Source: Picochlorum sp. SENEW3 (lineage: Eukaryota). Taken from it: a stretch of 64,000 nucleotides of DNA. Where the stretch lies: contig CP120456.1 of the NCBI GenBank assembly GCA_034226945.1, positions 930,001 to 994,000 on the forward strand. The letters are read 5' to 3'. Shown in pieces: positions 56,500-64,000 of this stretch. Below the pieces are notes generated by a model. That model was not told the DNA's origin. It made no database searches and saw nothing but the letters and a program-made list of their open reading frames with translations. Every line of letters begins with the position of its first letter. Positions within the stretch are counted from its first letter, which is position 1. The position numbers were made by a program, and so were the translations under genes.

Positions 56500-57721
56500 T
56501 CAATTCTCTTTGTCTTGTGCATCCTCGAGAGGCCTCCGTCGCCTGGATGTCCCTGTGATGTATGTTTTAGCGTATTCGTTGCCGTAATCCTGCGTTCGTC
56601 GCTGCTTCACACCACGCTTTGCCCCTGGACGTCTGCTCTTCAGTTGCTCCACCTCCTTCTGGAGTTCGGCCATCTGTTTCTTGAGGATATCCCTTTCTGT
56701 CTTCGCATCCTCGTATAATTTGTCTTTCTTTTCCATTGATCGCTTTGGCTCATTGTACTTTTCCTGGACATGTTTGACACTGTCCAGTGCTTGCTTGTGT
56801 ATTTGTTCAGACATGAGAGCTTTAGCCTTCCCGTCGAATTCAGGATGTTCTTCTTTGACTTTGTGCAGATCGTCGACGATGAGCGAATTTATCTCATTTC
56901 CAGAATTTTTCGTGGCCCCTGTAAAGATGAAGGAATACTTGTCCCGAGAATACCATGCAGGAGCTTTTGTAACACGAAGGGTCTCAGATGCTGCAAGTTC
57001 TCTTGGGTGGAAAACCTCTTGTCGCCTTCTGCCGCATGGTTCAGTCCATCTAGATACTCTCCAATGCAATCGATAAGATATCTCCCAAATTGAAGGTACC
57101 AGTGACGATCTGCATCCATGTTTTTTCGGACACCGTCTCTGACATGTCTGTTGTGATTATTCCGGTGATTTGGCTTCAGGTATGCCATGAGTTTATCCCC
57201 TGTGTATGATGCCGAAACCTTGGCCAGTTCTCCACATTCTAGCATGACTTTTTCTTTGCATACTTCAAAAGGAGTTCATGCGCTATGGGCATGCCTTTTT
57301 TCTGTGGCATGTATGCTTGGCATTGTTCAAAGTCACCATTGACAGGAGCCCTGGCCCAGTACTTCATGCAGGCCTCGCGGGCGTGCTTCTGTATATGCTT
57401 GTCCTCAACAAACAGAGACTCCGAGTTGTCATCGATTGAAATCTCGCTACTCTCGTCAATATCTACGGGAGAAGAGTTGGCAACTTCACCAGGAGGGTCT
57501 GCCTCGCACCAGTGTAAAAGATGTGTGACGTCGGGTTTCAGACAATGTGGGCTAACTCGTACTCCAAAATGCTCTATAATGATATCATTTCTAATGCCCT
57601 CTCGCTCTCTGAATGCAGTTGTCTGCTCATAGAGTTCATCGTCAGTCAACCCTGCTTCGGTGGCCTGGAGTTCCAAGCACGGCCCTTCCCCGGATTTATG
57701 CTTTATTCGTACTCTAGGCAT
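56500..57721 (-). pseudogene. CACTA accessory ORF of copy 2, two frameshifts
   Basis: Three overlapping ORFs (57778-57239, 57245-56889, 57069-56500) together align to the 408-aa ORF of copy 1. Confidence 0.8.
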
Positions 57722-57921
57722 AAGTTTTCGAACACAATGTGCATTATACGACTGCAAAGACTGACTGTCAGCGTGCAATTGATAGACAATTGAAAGTCAG
57801 ATTTTGAATTTCAAATTTTTGGCTTGCGAACAATTGCGACGGACGAGGGGCTCATATGCTCTAAATTTTACTCTCACGATTACAAATCGTAATATAGTAT
57901 ATACATTTATGATATACCACA

Positions 57922-60900
57922 ATGGACGGTGTTGAAACGCAACGAAACCCCGAGCAAGGATCTCAAAGGTCAAAACGGAGGAGGGTAGCACGCAAGAAAA
58001 TAACAGAGCTATGGAATGACTTTTACCAAGCGTGTCTTCGTCTCAAAGCCCCATATGGACCCATGGTAGACTCGTTGCATGCAGAAAGCGAGCAGAGACA
58101 TTGCAGGGTATACTGTCCATACGGGGAGACGTGTGGATATTCTGGGAAGCCACTGTGCTTCGAAAATATGCTGTTCATGGACGTCACCGGAGATGTAGAC
58201 AGGAGAAAAGTGCTTGATCACGTGCGTAACAAACATCCACATATTGCAGCGAGGTTTGGTGTGGAGAAGAAAGGGGAGGGCCACCCAAGGAGTCTTGAAG
58301 ATGATGCCATAGTCCAACTAGATCCACATGTGTCCACTACTCTCCTCCCTTATGACCGAGACGAAGTTCTAACCATTCGCTCCTGTGAAGATTCTGATGA
58401 AGCAGTGGAATCATCCGATGAGGGCAGCGTGTGCACCGAGGTGAGGAGACACATGTCATGCTTCCTGATTCTGGTTCTTGTTGTTCTGAAGAGTGAAAGC
58501 TATCTTCCTGCAGGACCTTGAGGACAGCGACGCTTCGAGTGATGAGCATGAGCCAAATGTTGAGAATGCACCTGGTGAACGCTTTCGGTGCACTCAGGGG
58601 TCGCATTTCCAAACCTTTCTAATGGCAATGTTGGGTAAGGAACGTGGTGATGGGCTGGATCAGCCACAAGAAGATGAAGACGAGGAAGACGAGGCACCCT
58701 GCACTTTGCTTCAGCTCACATCTGCGCTCCTCGAAATAGAACTAAAGCATGCTGTATCAAAAGAGCTCATGCAGGATATCTTGAGCGTAGTTCGGATGGG
58801 GAGGAGCAACCGTGACAGGATGATCATTCCACCATCCATCCACCTTCTGAGGAAGGCCATGGATGTTCCAGACCTTCAGGCTGTCGAATACCATAAGTGT
58901 CCCTGCGGATACATCTACAATAATGTCGTCCCGTTCAAAGATAGGGACATGGGTGAAGAATGTGGAGCAGGGTGTGGTAGGAAGAGGTTCACGGCAGACA
59001 GGGGTGGGAGCCCAAGACCCATGCAGCACTTTTATTACTTTGGGGTCCGAGACTGTATGCAGAGTCTGTTCGCTTCGCGCAAATTTCGAGAATCAAGAAA
59101 CAGAAGCATCGAAAGCGGTCGCGCAGGAAACACGGTGTACACATCCGAGTGGTTCAAATGGATCAAGGAGAGGGAAAGCACAGCAGGCGGCGACACGACT
59201 AGTATCTGGTCGATCGGCGTGGATGGATCCCAGCCTTTTGGAAGGAAAGCACATTCTTGTACTCTGATTGTATTAAAGTGTGAAGATATGGTCCCTGAAG
59301 GCCGATATCTCAGCTGCAACACCAGATTATTGGGAATTATCCCAGGCCCAAAAGAACCCAAAAACCTCAACCCCTTCTTATGTTTTATTGGTGAAGAGTT
59401 TGAGCGCCTCCGCTCATCTCCTATGGAATATCAATATGATGGAGTGGACGAAGATGGTCATGTGGTGAGACATTCTGGAGTTCATCGACCCATACTGGGA
59501 TTCATTCATGCAGATGCTAAGGCCAGAGAAAAAATCCACATGTGTGCTCCGGGGAACGCCATCAAAGGGTGCTACTTTTGCTGGCAGCGGGCCTCAGAAG
59601 CCATAACTAGCAGAAACGGCAAATCATACAAGAGAAGACTACTCACAGGCTACGAGGAGGAGGATCCTGTCACACATATCAATGGAATCACCAAGGAAGA
59701 GTTCCAGTTGTCCCGCTGTGACGATGATGCAATTCAGCAGCAGTCCGTGATTGGACACGCTGACCTGGAAGATATATTGAATATTATGAAAACTGTGATG
59801 CCCCATGGCATATACGACGGATCGAGCACGCAAGAATGGCAGGATCGGCTTGGGATTCATGACTATGCAAAAGTGTTTCATGCCGTGCCTACGTTGCACG
59901 TCAAGCACGGGATACCAGCTCCTCTATACCATCTGATTCTCTTAGGCATAACGAAAAACTTTATCAAATACTTGTGGGATGGCCACGGCAACAAGAAAAC
60001 CAGTGATCCCGATAGCAGGAGTATGAGAGTCTACAGCAAGAAGACCGTCAAGAAATTGGAGAGAGGAATTACTCTGAACAACTCGTTCAATCGTCCATAC
60101 TCGCCATTAGAGCACTGCTACTCTTGGATTTGCGAAGAAGTCAAAGTTTTTGTAGAAGTACATTCATGTGCCCTGTTCAACGAGGAGGTGACCGGTGTTT
60201 CTGTGCTCACACCCAAGGCCATGGAAGCTTGGGCACATTTGAGGCAGTTTGTCATGCATCACCTGAGCCACGCTGAAGCCGCCCGGCTCGAGCCATCTCA
60301 AGCCCTCTGGCATCTACACCAGTTCTCAAGGATATGTCAGGAAGAGAAGGCATACGAATTGCTGACGCCCAACCTCCATACAGCCAACTGCCTCCTGCAT
60401 CACCAGGAGGCCTTCGTGGGCCCACTGCACCAGTTGTCAGAGCTGTGGGTTGAACGGGCTATGCGGGCCGTCTCCTCGACGAGTTGTATTAATACGCCTG
60501 AGGCAACATTAGCAAAACGGTATCTTATCAGATCGGCATTGGAGAAAGCCAAGCACAAGATTGGGTCAGCCGACCAGAGTGCCATCCCAGTGTATGCCCC
60601 GAAGCAACACCGAAAGGCTGCGGGCACCATGTACGACGCCCATCCAAGCACCACGTATGCTCTTCAAGGGAAAGGAGTAGAGCGGAGTACGACGAAATGC
60701 ATCGAAGCTAGAGATGCATCGAAGCAGCAGAGGGATAAGCTGAGGGAGTCCATCGAGAAGAAGAAGTTGAACCTCATCAGAGAGTTTCACACAAAGCACC
60801 AGGACGAGAGACCGAGGGAGCCGCAGAGAGATATCAAATTGTACAGTCATTTTTCTTGCAACGTCTTGGTAGATGGCAAAGGCTGTTGTGTGAAAACATT

Positions 60901-61338
60901 CTATGACAGGCGTGATACGAAGAGGCGGTCACACTTTGTCTTGCTGAGGGACAAGGATTCTGAGGCTCACCATGTTGGGGTGGTGTATGAATTTGTCCGC
61001 GTATTCAGTCCCCGGAATCCAGATGAAGTGGAACGATACGCGATTTGCGGGATATATGAGACAGAAAAATGGATTACCATGGAACCACTGTGTACATGGT
61101 GAAGGAGTTCACAGGAGAGAGGCTGTGGAGGCATGACGAACGTGTGTTCAGCGTGCCGATCGACGATATCGTCTGCCAAGTTTCTAGTTTTCAAATGTCA
61201 AAAGATGGTTGGGAGGGAGAATGGCCCCACTACAAGCTTGTGGAGGACGGCCACAAGAAAGAAATGGACAAAATGCTTGCCTTCTTCCCAACCCGAGGTT
61301 CCACCTTCGCAGCAGCGGACAGTATCGATATCGAATGA
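57922..61338 (+). pseudogene. CACTA transposase of copy 2, one frameshift near 61070
   Basis: Exon 1 57922-58440, intron 58441-58513, exon 2 near-identical to copy 1; C-terminus continues in ORF 61069-61338. Confidence 0.88.
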
Positions 61339-61805
61339 CAATAAACGTGTAAAGTATAAAAATTATCCAGGTAACAGCAGTGAATTGAGGCTACTGTGGA
61401 AGATCTGGTGCCTTGTGATCGACACCAAAAGTTCCTTAATTAGTACCATGGGCGGTCGACCTGACTTCTCAAAATTTTCACACAAGCCATTTTACACAGG
61501 GCCCCATAACTTTTCGAATATCGCACCAAATTTCCCCATTTTTGTTTCAATAGACATATTTTCTTACCCTCGTTTCGATGGCGTCGTCGAAATAATAAAA
61601 TACGCCCCTCAGGAAAATTTGGGATTTAAGGAGGCCACCATCCTTTCTGTAAGTGAATGCGCTGTCCACATGGTCTCAGGGCCGGTAATAGGCTTCCAAA
61701 CTTTTTCACGATGTCGTTCCCTCGGCTCCCCTGGCGCGTACTAAATTCCCTCGCACCCCTAAATCAATGTGAATATGTGCTCATTTTAATCTAAATTCGT
61801 TTTAA

Positions 61806-62416
61806 GGCCGCTCTTAATTGATTCCGTGGTTCCCGTCCCCGAGCGAATGGATTTCGCGAGGGTGTGCCCAAAAAAATAGAATACCGTCTATCTCATCACT
61901 CGTGAAGAATTTGCACTTTTCGAGGCCACCATGCGATAGAGCTCGTCAAAAGGAGTCGATTGACGGGCTTTTGGGGCCAAACTCGATCATGGACCATCGT
62001 TGATGGCCGTGGACTGGATCCAGCCATGACTCCCCAGTCGGCCAATTTCAAATTGTGCAGTTGACCTCATAGACTCTGTAAGGCTCCAAAAGAGAAGATA
62101 GGGCTATGAGAAGCCACTGCATCTATACATGCTCGAATAGATCGCGGTTGGCAGAGGTCTGACTGTGATGTTGACCAGACCAGCCTTGGGGAGATGCCCC
62201 ACACGGAGCCATACGGTGATTTTTGACTTCAAACTTCGCAAAGGGTATCTAAATTACATATACATTGTAGAAACATTACAGAACTAGAGATTTGAAGGCA
62301 TTTGAATGCCCTATCGTCGATTTTATTTTTTCGAGCTTTTCTCATTTTTCGAGCGCCTACCGACTGGATTCTGAGAATCACCTAGACGGGAACCACGGAA
62401 TCAATTAAGAGCGGCC
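61806..62416. mobile_element. PIF/Harbinger (Tourist-like) MITE, 611 bp
   Basis: Perfect 32-bp TIR GGCCGCTCTTAATTGATTCCGTGGTTCCCGTC; TAA TSD confirmed by the empty sites (CGTTTTAATGCG) at about 31310 and 24170. Confidence 0.92.
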
Positions 62417-62495
62417 TAATGCGATTTACCTAACGAAATTTAAAATTTTTCCTGTATATAAACAATAATTGATCAAAGATCGTAGTGTTTCTGAA

Positions 62496-64000
62496 TTTTT
62501 TATTTTCCAGTCTTACATGCCCGGTGGTGATGCATAGTGAAAGATGAGCACAATCCTCAAATTCGGATTGAGGGGCTCGATTCCTTGAAAGAGCCTTTAC
62601 TCATCCCCACCACCATCACCTCGTTTAGGCCAAGGTGTAATAATTGATGGATTGCAAACAATTGACTCAAACCATTCGTTCCAGTGATGGAAGGGAAGAA
62701 GTGGAATCCACACACGACGAGGCGAGCCTGGAAGTGTGCTTTGGAGGCACTGGGAAGATTTTGCCCACTGGCAGCCCATGAACCTCTGGGCCATGCTTCT
62801 TATTCCATCGCTGAGAGAATGTTTGAATAGCTACCTATTGGCTAATGGATGCTTCCTACAAGTTGCACCCCTGGTGGTGGTTTGGGGAACCAGCTGTTGG
62901 TGGTGGTGTTCCAGGCTATAATTGGGAGGGAGGCGTACTCTGGCTTGCCTTGAGGCATTTTCTTAGCGTGGAGATGGAGGAGGTTCCAGAAGGTCTGAAC
63001 GGCGATGCTCTTTCCTTTGCTGACAATGGTATCTGTTTGGGGGACTGGGCCCTCTGTATGGTACTTCAATTTGTACATGTAGCGTCTGCCTCTGTCAATG
63101 GCATACACCGCGCTGACGCAGATGAAGAGCCATATGCTTTTTGGCACATGCTGAGGTGGTGTTCCTGTCCATACGAGGAACTGCACTTTTTCTGCATGGA
63201 TGGACTCGCCCGACAGCTGGCCGTACACGGCTGCTGCCACAGGGCAGTGCTTGAAGTGGTGAAGGATGTCGGGTGTCTCGCACATGCCACATGCGCATGG
63301 CTTCGACCCTGACGAGCGGATGAAACCGCCCATGGACGCATGCCAGAACGGCTCCTTCCACGTATTGTCCATCGGGAGCTTCCAGAGGTGGTGGTGGATC
63401 AGGGGGCTGCCCGGAGCCTGTGTGGCTCCGCAGAGGGCATACAGCCATCTGTAATAGGCATCGGCCCTCTCGAACTGCCCCTCCATCGATAACAAGCGAG
63501 TGACCATCTTCACTGTATACTTCTTCATCGGGTGGGCTTTTTGGCCGATGGTCCAGTGGTAGTCGTCCCTGTACCAAGTCTGTTGCTCTGGCTGGGTCCT
63601 GTTTGCCTGGATGGTCTCGATGCACGCTGGGATCGAGACCAGATATGCTTGTCCCTCGACGATGGTCGTCATTGGCGGCAATGCGCACTCGCGCAAGCAC
63701 TGGGTGGAGGTAATATGAGCATCATGTGGGTGTAGAAGGAAGGCATTCCACACCAGCTGCGACCACAGTTGCGATGTGCCCACGCGTAGCAGCCGCAAGC
63801 ACCATTTTGCTTGTCTTGCTTCGGTATGCGCTGCAAAGTTGAGGCAGCCTAGACCTCCTTCTTGTGGTGGGTCCGACATTCGTGTCGTACTCCAGCAGCG
63901 AGCATTATCAGGCAGCAGTTCTCGTGTGAGCTTGGTGATCTCTCTCAGGACCTCTTGTGGCACTCTGGTGAATTCTGCAGCATACAAGATTCTCGAAATG
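62496..64000 (-). mobile_element. LINE family A copy, runs off the window end
   Basis: Close reverse-complement match to about 29758-31266, including the ORF2 C-terminus (63987-62842) and the tail. Confidence 0.93.

Larger units (their letters stand above)
55584..61655 (+). mobile_element. CACTA/EnSpm-like transposon copy 2 (6072 bp), inverted relative to copy 1
   Basis: Same 18-bp TIR CACTTACAGAAAGGATGG; 3-bp TSD AAT on both sides. Confidence 0.95.

Noticed and set aside
26065..61338. Frameshifts in hAT, LINE and CACTA ORFs as programmed recoding
   Set aside because: Single-base indels, often in short homopolymers and differing between sister copies (e.g. 42510 versus 46610; 61070 versus copy 1); decay or unpolished long-read errors are more likely
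31400..61655. The two CACTA copies as one segmental inverted duplication or assembly artefact
   Set aside because: Different TSDs, different flanks and a diverged central module show independent insertions
1730..63735. Numerous ORFs antisense to or overlapping the called genes in the six-frame track
   Set aside because: Shadow ORFs of real coding regions with no independent motifs

Overview
Eukaryotic nuclear DNA from a compact, intron-poor green alga (Picochlorum-like trebouxiophyte by inference: very short intergenic spacers, short GT-AG introns, algal [FeFe]-hydrogenase). Bases 1-20 kb are dense host genes: TraB-domain protein, TFIIIC TPR subunit, ATG1, a small Cys-rich secreted protein, HYDA, an SLF2/CANIN-like protein, an Aurora-like kinase, a GT31/HPGT galactosyltransferase, HRD3/SEL1L with an intron-containing tRNA-Ser nested in an intron, a truncated LPMO and ATP synthase delta. 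From about 20 kb to the end there is a nested transposon island. It holds the N-terminal half of a Fanzor1-like protein, an hAT element, two L1/Tx1-type LINE families, and two complete ~6.1 kb CACTA-like (CACTT) elements whose central module differs between copies. It also holds an apparently intact six-exon KDZ (Kyakuja-type) transposase facing an AT-hook gene, plus Tc1/mariner- and Harbinger-type MITEs. Only two host-type genes sit inside the island, both nucleotide-sugar genes (a transporter and a UDP-glucuronate epimerase). All family assignments come from motif recognition by eye; no database search was run.
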